This document shows, one piece after another, positions 19,491 to 29,444 of a DNA stretch of 64,000 nucleotides. How positions within the stretch are numbered: position 1 is the stretch's first letter; the number at the start of each line of letters is the position of its first letter. A program made the position numbers and the translations under genes. The stretch is from Nannocystales bacterium. GTDB taxonomy: Bacteria; Myxococcota_A; Polyangia; Nannocystales; Nannocystaceae. The stretch covers positions 96,001 through 160,000 of the forward strand of contig JBOEGF010000007.1 in NCBI GenBank assembly GCA_050633305.1, read 5' to 3'. The notes beneath the pieces are model-generated. The model made no database searches. It was not told where the DNA came from and worked only from the letters and a program-made list of their open reading frames with translations.

Positions 19491-20312
19491 TCACGCGGCC
19501 GCGAGCATCTCGGCGATGAGGGGCAGGGCGACTCCCGCCGGCGCGCGTAGCGTGAGCCCAACCCCCGAGGCCTCGGCAAGCTGGCCGAAGGGATTGTCGT
19601 CCGGGTTGATGTCGATCATCGGAACCCCGGCTCGGGCACAGCGTGTGCCGATCTGCATCGGTAGGTTTGTGGAGCCCGAGGTCCCAGCCACGATGAGGAG
19701 GTCAGCCTTCGCAGCCTGGGCGTACGCACTCCCGGAGCGGAACAGGGCCTCCTCGTAGCATTCGTCGAACCACAGGACGTGCGGACGCGCTTGCCCACCG
19801 CAGGCCGGGCACGACAGCGCGTCGTACGTGTGGTCGGACAAGGGCGTGTCCCGGTCGATCGGGGGCAAGTCGTCAGGCAACAGATACGTCGCGTCCGTGC
19901 ACCGTGAGGCGCATCGGTATCGGTCGATGTTTCCGTGGATCTCGAACGGGTCACGAGAGCCGGCCCGCGCGTGCAAGCCGTCGACATTCTGGGTGACGAG
20001 GACGAAGCGAGCGCCGAGTGCGGCTTCGATGCGGACGAGCGCTTCGTGGCCGGGGTTGGGGCTGGCACGGCGGCAGACGGTGCGGCGGTACAGATACCAG
20101 CGCCAGACCTCTCGCGGATGCTGGCCGAACGCTTCGAGGGTCGCGAGTTCTTGGGGGTGGTAGTTTCGCGAGCCGACCTGCCAATACCCCTGCGGCCCCC
20201 GAAACGTCGGGATTCCGCTCTCGGCGGAGATCCCGGCGCCGGTCAGCACGCACAGCCGGCCGCGGCCGGTCGAGAACGCGCCCAGCATCTCGCGCAGTGC
20301 CTCTTCGTCCAT
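19491..20312 (-). CDS. cobB: NAD-dependent deacylase (sirtuin)
   Basis: TGAGISAESGIPTFRG, TQNVDGLH, IHG, RPHVLWF, GTSG; YxxR motif (WYLYRR). Confidence 0.9.
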   Translation of the reverse strand: MDEEALREMLGAFSTGRGRLCVLTGAGISAESGIPTFRGPQGYWQVGSRNYHPQELATLEAFGQHPREVWRWYLYRRTVCRRASPNPGHEALVRIEAALGARFVLVTQNVDGLHARAGSRDPFEIHGNIDRYRCASRCTDATYLLPDDLPPIDRDTPLSDHTYDALSCPACGGQARPHVLWFDECYEEALFRSGSAYAQAAKADLLIVAGTSGSTNLPMQIGTRCARAGVPMIDINPDDNPFGQLAEASGVGLTLRAPAGVALPLIAEMLAAA

Positions 20313-20343
20313 CGTTCGAGCATACGCTGATAGCCTCCGGCAC

Positions 20344-20742
20344 ATGAGCGAGCACCTCAACGCCGCGCAGCTCGAGCAACTCAAGGCCGACTTGCTGGGC
20401 CGTCGCGATCGTCTTCTGGAGCGGGGGGCCGTCGAGATTACTGAGGACGATCAGGCCGAGCCGATGGACAACCCCGAGAAGGTCGCCGGCGAGATGGCGC
20501 GGAGCGAGCAGTCGGCGCTGTCCGACATGGACCGTCGTCAGCTGGTCGAAGTGCAGTTTGCGCTCTCGCGGATGTCGGACGGTTCGTACGGCGAGTGCGA
20601 GGAGAGTGGAGAGCCGATTCCGTTCGGGCGGCTGCTCGCGGAGCCGACGACGCGATACACGGTGGAGGCGCAGGAGCAGGTCGAGGCGGACGCGTCCCGA
20701 GCCAAAGCCATCGGGCGCGACCCCGGCGGCAGCGCCTACTGA
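20344..20742 (+). CDS. DksA/TraR family protein, single-Cys type
   Basis: Coiled coil followed by ALSRMSDGSYGECEESGEPIPFGRLLAEP. Confidence 0.85.
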   Translation: MSEHLNAAQLEQLKADLLGRRDRLLERGAVEITEDDQAEPMDNPEKVAGEMARSEQSALSDMDRRQLVEVQFALSRMSDGSYGECEESGEPIPFGRLLAEPTTRYTVEAQEQVEADASRAKAIGRDPGGSAY

Positions 20743-20790
20743 ACCGGCTGAACTCGCCGTGTTGACTGCATGGTGGGGACAGCGCCTGCC

Positions 20791-21918
20791 TCAGCTGGGA
20801 GGCATCGTGTCTGTCTCGTCGGAGAGGCGCTTGCGAATCTCGAGCACCTCATCCATGGACCCGACGAACAGGTCGACGAGTTCGCCATCGAAGTGTTCGT
20901 TGCGTCCGTCGACGAGCAGCTTGAGCGCCCGCTCGAGCGGCCACGCCTTCTTGTAGGGTCGCTCGCTCGTCAGCGCATCGAAGACGTCGGCGACGGCAAC
21001 GATGCGACCTTCGATCGGAATCTCGTCGCCCTTGAGGCCGCGGGGGTAGCCACTGCCGTTGTACTTCTCGTGGTGTGTGTGCGCGATGGAGGCGGCGAGC
21101 TGGAGCAGCTTGGACTCGGAGCCTCCGAGGATTCGGTAGCCGATTTCCGCGTGCTTCTTCATCACCTCGTACTCGTCCGGCGTCAGCCGGCCGGGCTTGA
21201 GCAGGATGCTGTCGGGGATGCCGATCTTGCCCACGTCGTGCATGGGGCTGGCCGTTCGGATCATCTCGGAGGTGTAGTCGTCGAGCCCGACTTTGCGCGC
21301 GAGGAGTCGGGAGTACTCACTCATGCGCTGAAGGTGAGCAGCAGTCTCATCGTCGCGGAACTCTGCAGCCTTGGTGAGCCGCTCGATCGTCTGCACCTGT
21401 GCCGCTTCGAGTTCGCGCCGGGCACGGTCGAGCGCCATGCGGGCTTCGTGGAGCGCGCGCGTCTGGCCATCGACCTCGATGCGTAGGCGTGCACTCTCCT
21501 GCGCCATGCCGGCGCTGTGCCGGTTATGCGAGACGGAGTTTCGAATCCGTGCGCGTAGCTCTGCCTCGTCGAATGGCTTGGCGAGGAAGTCGTCGGCTCC
21601 GGCTTCGCGTGCCTCGCGACGTACCGAACGTTCGGAGGCTCCGCTGAGAAACACGACGGGCGTGTGGGCGTGACGCCCGGTCGAGCGTATGCGTTTACAC
21701 ACCTCTATGCCCGTCATGTCCGGCATGCGCATGTCGAGGAGGACGGTGTCGACGTCGTTGTGAGCGAGGGTCTCGAGGGCTTCGGTGCCGCCGTTCGCTT
21801 CGAGCACGTCGTACCCCTCGGCGCTGAGCACCTTGCGAATGACGCGACGAATCTGAACCTCATCGTCGACGACGAGGATGCGTCCCCGATCGGGCGCGGC
21901 TAGGGAATGCTCCTGCAC
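20791..21918 (-). CDS. Response regulator with HD-GYP phosphodiesterase domain (RpfG-like)
   Basis: ILVVDDE..LLDMRMP..KPF; HDVGKIG; HHEKYNGSGYP; ADVFDAL. Confidence 0.93.
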   Translation of the reverse strand: MQEHSLAAPDRGRILVVDDEVQIRRVIRKVLSAEGYDVLEANGGTEALETLAHNDVDTVLLDMRMPDMTGIEVCKRIRSTGRHAHTPVVFLSGASERSVRREAREAGADDFLAKPFDEAELRARIRNSVSHNRHSAGMAQESARLRIEVDGQTRALHEARMALDRARRELEAAQVQTIERLTKAAEFRDDETAAHLQRMSEYSRLLARKVGLDDYTSEMIRTASPMHDVGKIGIPDSILLKPGRLTPDEYEVMKKHAEIGYRILGGSESKLLQLAASIAHTHHEKYNGSGYPRGLKGDEIPIEGRIVAVADVFDALTSERPYKKAWPLERALKLLVDGRNEHFDGELVDLFVGSMDEVLEIRKRLSDETDTMPPS

Positions 21919-21981
21919 AGGACGACCATCGTATCGTTTTCAGTTCGCTCTCGGCAAAGGCTACGCAACGAGACTGGTAGC

Positions 21982-23031
21982 ATGAGGCCCCTGATGTACG
22001 TCCGACTCGGCACTCTGGCTCCCGCGGTTGTCACTGTCTTGGCCCTCGGGTTGGGCTGTTGGTCTGAACCACCCGCTCGGGCACCGTCCACGCCAAAACC
22101 CGGCCCGGCGTCCCGCACTTCGGATGTACCACCACCGGCTACTCCCGCGCCTGTGGCCGCACATGAAACCCCAAGCAGGTCCGGCGCTCACCGGCCAACT
22201 CGCTTCGAGGCCGCGGAGCGGATCGTCGCGGTGGGTGACGTTCATGGAGATGTGGACGCGACTCGACGTGTGCTCCGGCTCGCCGGGTTGATCGACGAAT
22301 CGGACCACTGGAGCGGAGGCAAGAGCGTGTTTGTGCAGACAGGCGACCAGCTCGATCGCGGCGATGACGAGCAGGAGATCCTCGACCTCCTGACGCAACT
22401 CGAGTCGGAAGCGGAGGCGGCGGGCGGCGCCGTGCACATCCTCAACGGAAATCACGAACTCATGAATGCCGCGGGTGACTTCCGGTACGTGACCCCAGGA
22501 GGCATGGCGGATTTTGCGGACGCTCCAGGGGTCGACGCAACGGCGGCACGCGTCCGCGAATTCCCCGAGTCGATGCGCTCGCGCGCCGCCGCGTTTCTCC
22601 CCGGCGGGGCGTACGCCAAGGTGCTTGCGACCCGGAATACCGCGGTCGTCGTGGGAGACAGTGTCTTCGTGCACGGCGGCGTCCTGCCCAAGTACGCGCC
22701 CAAGCTGAAGGCGCTCAACGAAGCGGGACGCTTGTGGCTGTCTCAGGGTGGACAACCTCCAGCCGAACTGCTCGCGCCCGACGGGCTCGTGTGGCTTCGG
22801 GACTATTCCGTTCCGGAGCCGACCTCCAAAGCCTGCGCCGATCTCGACGCCGCGTTGGCCGAACTCGAGGTTGCGCGCATGGTCGTTGGCCATACGGTGC
22901 AGGCTCGGGGCGTGACTTCGGCGTGTGACGACAAGGTTTGGCGCATCGACGTCGGGATGGCCAAACACTATGGCGGTATGCCGGCCGCCCTCGAGATCAA
23001 GGGAGACCAACTCACCGTGCTGACCGAGTGA
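21982..23031 (+). CDS. Calcineurin-like metallophosphoesterase (Shewanella-like phosphatase), probable lipoprotein
   Basis: GDVHG, GDQLDRG, GNHE, HGG, GHT, IDVG; LGLGC lipobox. Confidence 0.88.
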   Translation: MRPLMYVRLGTLAPAVVTVLALGLGCWSEPPARAPSTPKPGPASRTSDVPPPATPAPVAAHETPSRSGAHRPTRFEAAERIVAVGDVHGDVDATRRVLRLAGLIDESDHWSGGKSVFVQTGDQLDRGDDEQEILDLLTQLESEAEAAGGAVHILNGNHELMNAAGDFRYVTPGGMADFADAPGVDATAARVREFPESMRSRAAAFLPGGAYAKVLATRNTAVVVGDSVFVHGGVLPKYAPKLKALNEAGRLWLSQGGQPPAELLAPDGLVWLRDYSVPEPTSKACADLDAALAELEVARMVVGHTVQARGVTSACDDKVWRIDVGMAKHYGGMPAALEIKGDQLTVLTE

Positions 23032-23052
23032 GGTCCGCGGGCAGGAGCCCGT

Positions 23053-23628
23053 TCACAGGCACATCGAGCACTCGTTCTCGGCGCACTGGACGTAGTCGTA
23101 GAAAAGCCCGACGCCTCCGGGGTACACCGCCGCGCAGTCCTCGAAGCACAAGTCGTACTCCTCCTGCGAGGCGCTGAACTCCGCGCACGTGTTCGAACAG
23201 TCGATGAGCGCCGTGCACTCCATGTCGTCGGCGCACTGCTGGGCCTCGAACGCGCATCCTTGGACGGCCGCACACGCGTAACAAGTCTCGCAGTCGCTGG
23301 GGTCGTCGCACGCGAACCCGGTGCTCCCCCAGCCGGACGAGCCGAACGAGCCGGAAGAGGCATCGGCACCGGTCATGCCCGTGGAGCCCACGCTTGTGCC
23401 GCCGTCGGGCCCGGAGCCGTTGGAGGTCCCGGAGGTCGTGGACTGGGAGCCCGCGGAAGGGTCCGGGCTGGACGTCGCGCCGGAGCCCATCGGCGCAGAC
23501 GTGGTGCTTCCCGCAGACTCGGAGTCGCCAGAGGTCGCGTTGTCGTCGTCGTCACCGACATCGATGTCGAGGTCGCATCCGGCGCCGACTCCAAGCAAAA
23601 GCGAAAGCAAGAGCGCGTAGTTCTTCAC
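23053..23628 (-). CDS. Lipoprotein with Ser/Thr/Gly linker and 14-Cys C-terminal domain
   Basis: Lipobox GAGC; low-complexity linker; Cys-rich tail. Confidence 0.75.
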   Translation of the reverse strand: MKNYALLLSLLLGVGAGCDLDIDVGDDDDNATSGDSESAGSTTSAPMGSGATSSPDPSAGSQSTTSGTSNGSGPDGGTSVGSTGMTGADASSGSFGSSGWGSTGFACDDPSDCETCYACAAVQGCAFEAQQCADDMECTALIDCSNTCAEFSASQEEYDLCFEDCAAVYPGGVGLFYDYVQCAENECSMCL

Positions 23629-23695
23629 GGAGAGCAGACGTCACGACGCTCGGGACCGTCGCACACGTCGTCACACCTCCGCGCAGAACACCGCT

Positions 23696-24934
23696 CTAGG
23701 CGTCGTCCCACTTGATCTGTCCGGCGCGCGCGATGGCGAGGGCCTCGCATCGCAGCACCTCGACGAAGCCTTGGCTGCTCTTCGGGTCGAGTCCGTCGGA
23801 TGCCTCCATGCTGGCGTCGGCGGGGTTGTACAGCGACGCGTCGCAGTCGGTGAGGCTCTGGAAGTAGAGGTTGCCCTTGTACATGCCCAGCTTGACGGTC
23901 GCAGAGGCATGGGACGCCAACACGTCGATGCCGGCCATCGCTGCCCGACCGCCGGGGTCGTACAGGCGAGCATCGTAGATCTGCTCCGCGACCAGCCGAG
24001 ACATGCTGTGGAACAGGCCCGTGGAGCGCCGGTCCATCGTCGTTTGATAGACCGCTCGCAAGCCGAAGCCCAGCAGTTCGAGCCCCGGTGCCTCGTACAC
24101 GCCGCGGCTCTTCGTGCCGATGATGCGATTCTCGAGTGCGTTGCTCAGGCCGATGCCGTTGCGGCCCGCGATCTGGTTGGCCCGCTGCATAATGTCGAGC
24201 GCGTCACCGTCTTCGCCGTTGATCGAAACACATCGACCGCCTTCGAACCGGAGGGTCACGTCCTCGGTGCGGTCGGGAGCGTCGTGCGGCCACACGCACA
24301 TGATCGGGTCGACGATCAGGCAGCTCGTCGTGAGCTCCTCGAGGTCTTCAGCTTCGTGGCTGAGACCCGCGAGGTTGGCATCGGTGCTGTACCGCTTCTT
24401 GGTGAGCTTGGCCTCAATGCCCTTGTCCTGAAGATACTCAGCCATCTGCTTTCGGCCGGGGAACTGCTCGAGCAGTTCCGGGTCTCGCCAAGGGGCATAC
24501 ACGCCGAAGTCGGGCGCGAGCGTGTTGGTGTAGCGCTCGAACCGGATCTGGTCGTTGCCGCGTCCGGTCGCCCCGTGCACGAGGACATCGCAGCCGTGCT
24601 CACGCATGGCGCTCAGCAGACCCTTGACGGTGACCGCCCGGGCGATGCCGGTCGTGTTCCAGTAGCCCCCGTCGTACATCGCCTGGGCGCGCACCATCAT
24701 GAAGCAGGCCTCAGCCATCTGGGACTTGAGGTCGACGATGAAGGTCTCGGCACCGGCGGGCTTCATGCGCTCGCGGATGTCTTCGATGTTGGACTCGTCG
24801 GGTTGCCCGAGGTCGGCAGTGAAGCACACGACGTCACAGCCGGCCTCTTTGAGCCGCAGCGTGACGGTTTTGGAGTCGAGTCCACCCGACACGCAGATGC
24901 CGAGCTTCTTTCCGTGGAGATCCGAGAGACGCAC
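23696..24934 (-). CDS. argG: Argininosuccinate synthase
   Basis: SGGLDS, HGATGRGNDQIRF, YSTDANL, ENRIIGTKSRGVYEAPG. Confidence 0.95.
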   Translation of the reverse strand: MRLSDLHGKKLGICVSGGLDSKTVTLRLKEAGCDVVCFTADLGQPDESNIEDIRERMKPAGAETFIVDLKSQMAEACFMMVRAQAMYDGGYWNTTGIARAVTVKGLLSAMREHGCDVLVHGATGRGNDQIRFERYTNTLAPDFGVYAPWRDPELLEQFPGRKQMAEYLQDKGIEAKLTKKRYSTDANLAGLSHEAEDLEELTTSCLIVDPIMCVWPHDAPDRTEDVTLRFEGGRCVSINGEDGDALDIMQRANQIAGRNGIGLSNALENRIIGTKSRGVYEAPGLELLGFGLRAVYQTTMDRRSTGLFHSMSRLVAEQIYDARLYDPGGRAAMAGIDVLASHASATVKLGMYKGNLYFQSLTDCDASLYNPADASMEASDGLDPKSSQGFVEVLRCEALAIARAGQIKWDDA

Positions 24935-24970
24935 GATGACGGGAGCCTACGCGTCGGGGCCGGCTGATGC

Positions 24971-25025
24971 CACATAGTTATGCGTGAAAACTCTCATTTA
25001 TGCGCATGTTTGCAATTAGTATGCG
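24971..25025. promoter_or_regulatory. Tandem ArgR operator (ARG box)-like sites
   Basis: AT-rich patch with TATGCG at 24979, 24999 and 25020 (20-21 bp period); best box reads CGCATAACTATGTG on the minus strand; lies upstream of argG. Confidence 0.7.
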
Positions 25026-25106
25026 GTCGAGCAGGGCTCGGACACCAAAGCCAGCCCCCGCGAAGTACCCGTCGCTTCAGGGGCCGGCCTCCCGAGGTTG
25101 GGCAGG

Positions 25107-25892
25107 CTACGCGTCGAGGACGGTGAGTCGGCCGCGCGAGCTCGGGGCGACCCGCTCCACGCCGGGGTCGAGCAGGTGACTTGGCCGCACGTTCCGCAGC
25201 GCGTTGAGCATGACCGAGCGTACGTTCGGGTTGTCCGCTTCGAGCGCGGTGAGCATCTCGCCCATCTTTTCGCGGCGTAGCCCCGCCTGTGAGCCGCATA
25301 GGTTGCACGGTAAGATCGGGTAGCCGGCCTCTTGGGCATGCTCGATGATCTCGGACTCCGGGGACTCGATGAGCGGCCGGATCACCTCGAAGCGCCCGTC
25401 GTCGGTCGTGTAGATCGCCGGCATCGCTTGCAGCTTCCCCGAGTAGAAGAGGTTGAGCATCAGGGTCTCGAGCGCGTCGTCCCGGTGGTGCCCCAGCGCA
25501 AGCTTGTTGCAGCCGAGTCGCTCGGCCGTGTTGTAAAGGATGCCGCGGCGCAGTCGGGAACAGGGGCCGCAATAGCTCTTGCCCTCGTCCACGACCCGGA
25601 TGACGGTGCTGTACGTGTCCTTCTCGACGATCTCGAAGGGCGCAGAGAAACGCTCGAGCCACCCGCGCAGCGGGGCGCCGTCGTAGCCGGGCTGGCCCTG
25701 GTCGAGGTGGACGGCTGTGATCTGAAAGTCGAACGGAGCTCGCTTCCGGGCCTCCCACAACAGGTCGAGCAGGGTGTAGCTGTCCTTGCCGCCAGAGACG
25801 CAGACCATGATGTGGTCGCCGGCCTTGACCAGTCCGTACGCGGCGATGGTCTTGGTCATCGACCGAGCGAGGCGTTTTCGTGCAGCGAACAT
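25107..25892 (-). CDS. ttcA: tRNA 2-thiocytidine(32) synthetase
   Basis: SGGKDS, CGPCSRLRRG, GHHRDD, PCNLCGS. Confidence 0.95.
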   Translation of the reverse strand: MFAARKRLARSMTKTIAAYGLVKAGDHIMVCVSGGKDSYTLLDLLWEARKRAPFDFQITAVHLDQGQPGYDGAPLRGWLERFSAPFEIVEKDTYSTVIRVVDEGKSYCGPCSRLRRGILYNTAERLGCNKLALGHHRDDALETLMLNLFYSGKLQAMPAIYTTDDGRFEVIRPLIESPESEIIEHAQEAGYPILPCNLCGSQAGLRREKMGEMLTALEADNPNVRSVMLNALRNVRPSHLLDPGVERVAPSSRGRLTVLDA

Positions 25893-25899
25893 GGCGGGC

Positions 25900-26328
25900 T
25901 TACGAGGCGGGAGCTCCGAGGACGGAGACGGTCACGACACGCTGGTGTGGCTCGGCGCGATGTTCCCACAGGTACAGGCCCTGCCATGTGCCCAACGCGG
26001 CTCTGCCATTCGCGACCGGGATGTTCAGCGAGCTCTGCGTGAGCACGGTTCGCACATGGGCGGGCATGTCGTCCGGGCCTTCGGCGGTGTGGCGAAACAG
26101 CGGATCACCGTCGGGGACGAGGCGTGACGCGAAGGCCTCGAGGTCGCGACGAACCTGGGGATCGGCGTTCTCACAGAGGATCACCGAGGCGCTGGTGTGG
26201 TGCACGAAGACGTTGCACAGCCCCGTGTCGGCGTTTGCGCGCCCCACGATCGCTTGAACGTCTGCGGTGATGTCTTGGGTGCTCCGACCCGACGTTCGCA
26301 GCTCGAGCCGCTCGGCGTGGTGATGCAT
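25900..26328 (-). CDS. yjbQ: YjbQ/UPF0047 family protein
   Basis: HTSAS..ENADP, EGPDDMPAH, LGTWQG..EHR. Confidence 0.9.
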   Translation of the reverse strand: MHHHAERLELRTSGRSTQDITADVQAIVGRANADTGLCNVFVHHTSASVILCENADPQVRRDLEAFASRLVPDGDPLFRHTAEGPDDMPAHVRTVLTQSSLNIPVANGRAALGTWQGLYLWEHRAEPHQRVVTVSVLGAPAS

Positions 26329-26335
26329 GCTCGGC

Positions 26336-26602
26336 CTACTTCTGGAACTTGGTCTTCCACTCGGCGTAGGGCATGCCGTAGAGCCACTCGCGTGTGTCTT
26401 CGAGTTCGACCTGTGCACCGCGCTCCACGGCGGCGGCGGTGTACCACTTGCTGAGGCAGTTTCGGCAGAACCCCGCCAGGTTCATCACGTCGATGTTCTG
26501 CACGTCGGTCCGCGACTGCAGGTGTTCGACGAGCTGCCGGAACGCGGCGGCTTCGACCTGGGTGCGAAGCGCCTCGTCTTCGATCGGAGTCTTGCTCGAC
26601 AT
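26336..26602 (-). CDS. DUF1244 family protein
   Basis: EAAAFR, DVQNIDVMNLAGFCRNCLSKWY, YGMPYAEWK. Confidence 0.9.
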   Translation of the reverse strand: MSSKTPIEDEALRTQVEAAAFRQLVEHLQSRTDVQNIDVMNLAGFCRNCLSKWYTAAAVERGAQVELEDTREWLYGMPYAEWKTKFQK

Positions 26603-26662
26603 CGGTCCCAGCGTATCGCACAAGCCCGCCCTCGATGCGAGGCCGCCGGGCGCGGGGCAGTC

Positions 26663-27250
26663 CTAGAAGAAGACGCCGCGGACCAGGGTTAGGGGTTCGC
26701 GCTTGAGCGTGCGCCAGGTGAAGTCGACGAGCACGCGGTCGAAGTTCTCCCGTGGGAACTCCTCGAACTTCGCGTTGACCGCCGCCTTGGACAAGCCGAA
26801 CCGAAGCAATCCCCGGGCGTGCTCAATCTTCACCGCTTGCCGGAAGCAGTCCGCCGCCTGACCGAGACCGGGCACCGCCAGCAAGCGGTGGTTGTAGACG
26901 AGGCACTCGCGCAGCGTAGTGGGGTCGACTTCTCCGAGGTCGATGCCTTGGGTCTCGCGCTCGAACAGGGCGAGCGAGCGTTGCAGGTAGTTGTGTCCCT
27001 GGTCTTGCTCGCTGACGATTCCCAGGTCGTGCCACATTGCGACCGTGTAGGCCACGTCCGCGGGCATCTCGACGCCGCGCTGCGCCATCAGCATCGAGGC
27101 GAAGTGGAACAGACGTTTGCAGTGGTTTCGGAAACCGTCGCCCTCATAGGGGCTCACGGCGTCGAACACCGCGTCCGCGTGCGCGCGAAGATCCAACGCC
27201 GGCGCTGGATCTACGTGCGGCGTTTCCACAACTGCGGCGGTCGCACTCAT
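26663..27250 (-). CDS. HD-domain phosphohydrolase-like protein
   Basis: FRNHCKR and WHDLGI motifs. Confidence 0.7.
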   Translation of the reverse strand: MSATAAVVETPHVDPAPALDLRAHADAVFDAVSPYEGDGFRNHCKRLFHFASMLMAQRGVEMPADVAYTVAMWHDLGIVSEQDQGHNYLQRSLALFERETQGIDLGEVDPTTLRECLVYNHRLLAVPGLGQAADCFRQAVKIEHARGLLRFGLSKAAVNAKFEEFPRENFDRVLVDFTWRTLKREPLTLVRGVFF

Positions 27251-27350
27251 CGGTACGGTGTACCGCTGCCCGATCGTGGACGCAAACCCGGGGGCCGGCG
27301 CCTTTTGCCGGCGCCAGGTCACGTTGTGCCTCTCCTTGCGCCCCTGTGCT

Positions 27351-28256
27351 CTAGAAGCGGCCGCTGATGGCGACGCCGGTCCCGTGACGGTCGAACGTCG
27401 GGACCACCGAGTACTTGTCGTTCTTGCGCTTCTCTTTACGCTTCTTCGAGGTGAGCACCAGCACGGCGACACCCACTCCTGCGAGGACGAGTCCGGTCGG
27501 GACACCCACGAACGCGAGCATGTTCGCGCGTTCGCCCTTCTTCGCGACTTGGTCGTATTCCGCGCCGTAGACGGTCGAGTGCTCGGCGGTCTGTTGGTGG
27601 CGAACGCCCAGCGCGATGCCGGCCGCTCCGATGCCGATTGCGACCGCACCCGCACCGATGAGGATGCCGCCGGTGATCTTCGCTGCGCGCCCGTCCGTTG
27701 ATTTCGAGGGCGGTGCATCTTCCTCCTCCGGCTCGGCGGCGGCAGCAGCCTCCTCGGCTTCGATCTCTTCGACCAGCGCCTCGGAGGCCTTGATCAGGTC
27801 CTGGGCCCGAACGATCAGAGCCGGGATCTCCGTGGCCTCGACCAGCCGGAAGTTCTTGTCGGCAGACTTGTCGAGGTGGAAGTAGAGGATGTCGAGCGAG
27901 ATGCGCGCACGCTCGATCGACGCTTCGGCGAGCTCTTTGTTTCGCGACTCCTCGCATCCGGTCAGGTACGCCTCACCGGCCTCGAGGTAGAGGATCGGGT
28001 CGCCAAGCTCGGCGGCCGCATTGTCGAACTCGATGCCTGCAGCGATCGAATCGCCCGAATCCACCAGGGCGTTTCCGCGGACCTCGGCCTCCGCGCGTTT
28101 CGCCGCGGCGTCCGCTGGTTTCACTTTGGGTCGCTTGACCCGGTACAGACCCACAGCCGGAGTTCCCGCAAGCGCCGGGACCGACGTCGCAACCAGGGCA
28201 ATGGCGATCGCAGTCGACGAAAGCATGTCGCGCAGGGGTCGGCCTCGAAAGGGCAT
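27351..28256 (-). CDS. Hypothetical exported helical-repeat protein with C-terminal membrane segments
   Basis: Signal peptide, TPR-like helices, Gly-rich TM pair, C-terminal GVAISGRF. Confidence 0.6.
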   Translation of the reverse strand: MPFRGRPLRDMLSSTAIAIALVATSVPALAGTPAVGLYRVKRPKVKPADAAAKRAEAEVRGNALVDSGDSIAAGIEFDNAAAELGDPILYLEAGEAYLTGCEESRNKELAEASIERARISLDILYFHLDKSADKNFRLVEATEIPALIVRAQDLIKASEALVEEIEAEEAAAAAEPEEEDAPPSKSTDGRAAKITGGILIGAGAVAIGIGAAGIALGVRHQQTAEHSTVYGAEYDQVAKKGERANMLAFVGVPTGLVLAGVGVAVLVLTSKKRKEKRKNDKYSVVPTFDRHGTGVAISGRF

Positions 28257-28412
28257 GGCGAGCGTCAGCTTACCGTAGGTGCCTGTGCACCGCCCGATGT
28301 TGTCCGTCCCCCGGCTCTGCCGCCCGCTTTGCGGATCCTGTAGCGGGGATTGCTGCTCCTCCTCAACACGAGGAGCGTGCGCCACCGATGGACCCTGATA
28401 GGATGTATATCG

Positions 28413-29444
28413 ATGGAGCGGGTGTTGGCAGCCTTGGTGGAAGTGTCCGAGCGCCTCGGCGTCCCCGGGCCGCTCGACCAAGCCCTGCAGGTTGTCACCG
28501 ATCTCTCCCTCGATCTGTTCGGCGCGACGCATGCCTCGATCCGGGTGGTCGACGCCGAAGCCCTGTTGCGCTCGGTCGCTCGTAGTGGCGCGGGGAGCAA
28601 TGACCCTGCGCAGATTTTCAAGAAGGGCGAGGGCTTGATCGGTTGGGCTGTCCAGCACGCGCAGCCCGTCCGGGTACCCGATAGCTCGGTCGACGCACGC
28701 TTCGCATTTCGCCCCGATCGTAGCTTCGAGGCGTGCTCGGTGATGTCGGTGCCGTTGGTCGCGGGGGAGCGCGTACTCGGTGCGTTCTCCGTGTCCTCGC
28801 CCGAGCGGGATGCCTTCTCCGCCGCGCATGAGCAGGCGGGGGTCGTTCTTGCGCACGTCGTCGGCCAAGCCCTCCGCTGTGCCGAACTGGAACGGTTGGC
28901 CACGACCGATGCTCTGACGCGCGCCTACAACCACCGTTACCTCGTCCCCGCGCTCTCCAACGAGATGAACCGGGCGCGCCGGACCGAAGGCTCAATGTCG
29001 GTGCTGTTGATGGACCTCGATGAGTTCAAGGCGGTCAACGACGAACACGGACACGCGGTTGGCGACCAGGTGTTGTGCCGTTTCGTCGATGCCGTCCGAG
29101 GCTGTGTTCGCTCCATGGACCTCATCGTCCGCCGAGGCGGTGAGGAGTTTGAGTTGATCATGCCCGACACGGGCGCGGTCGAGGGGTATCGCGTCGCCGA
29201 GCGCATCCGCGAACATCTCGCCTCGCACCCACTCGTCGTACGGGACAACCTGGTCGTGCGGCAGACGGTCTCCGTCGGGTTGGCCACGTGGGATGGCCAA
29301 GAAACACCTGCCGCGTTGGACCAACGGGCGGACAAGGCGATGTACGAGGCGAAGCGGCGCGGTCGCAATCGAACCGTGATCGCGCCGACGCCTCGTGCCA
29401 AGAACAACGCGATGATCGAGCTCTCCGAGACGCCCCCGGGCTAG
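28413..29444 (+). CDS. GAF-GGDEF diguanylate cyclase
   Basis: GEGLIGW GAF motif; DLDEFKAVND, GHAVGD, RSMD I-site, RRGGEEF. Confidence 0.93.
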   Translation: MERVLAALVEVSERLGVPGPLDQALQVVTDLSLDLFGATHASIRVVDAEALLRSVARSGAGSNDPAQIFKKGEGLIGWAVQHAQPVRVPDSSVDARFAFRPDRSFEACSVMSVPLVAGERVLGAFSVSSPERDAFSAAHEQAGVVLAHVVGQALRCAELERLATTDALTRAYNHRYLVPALSNEMNRARRTEGSMSVLLMDLDEFKAVNDEHGHAVGDQVLCRFVDAVRGCVRSMDLIVRRGGEEFELIMPDTGAVEGYRVAERIREHLASHPLVVRDNLVVRQTVSVGLATWDGQETPAALDQRADKAMYEAKRRGRNRTVIAPTPRAKNNAMIELSETPPG

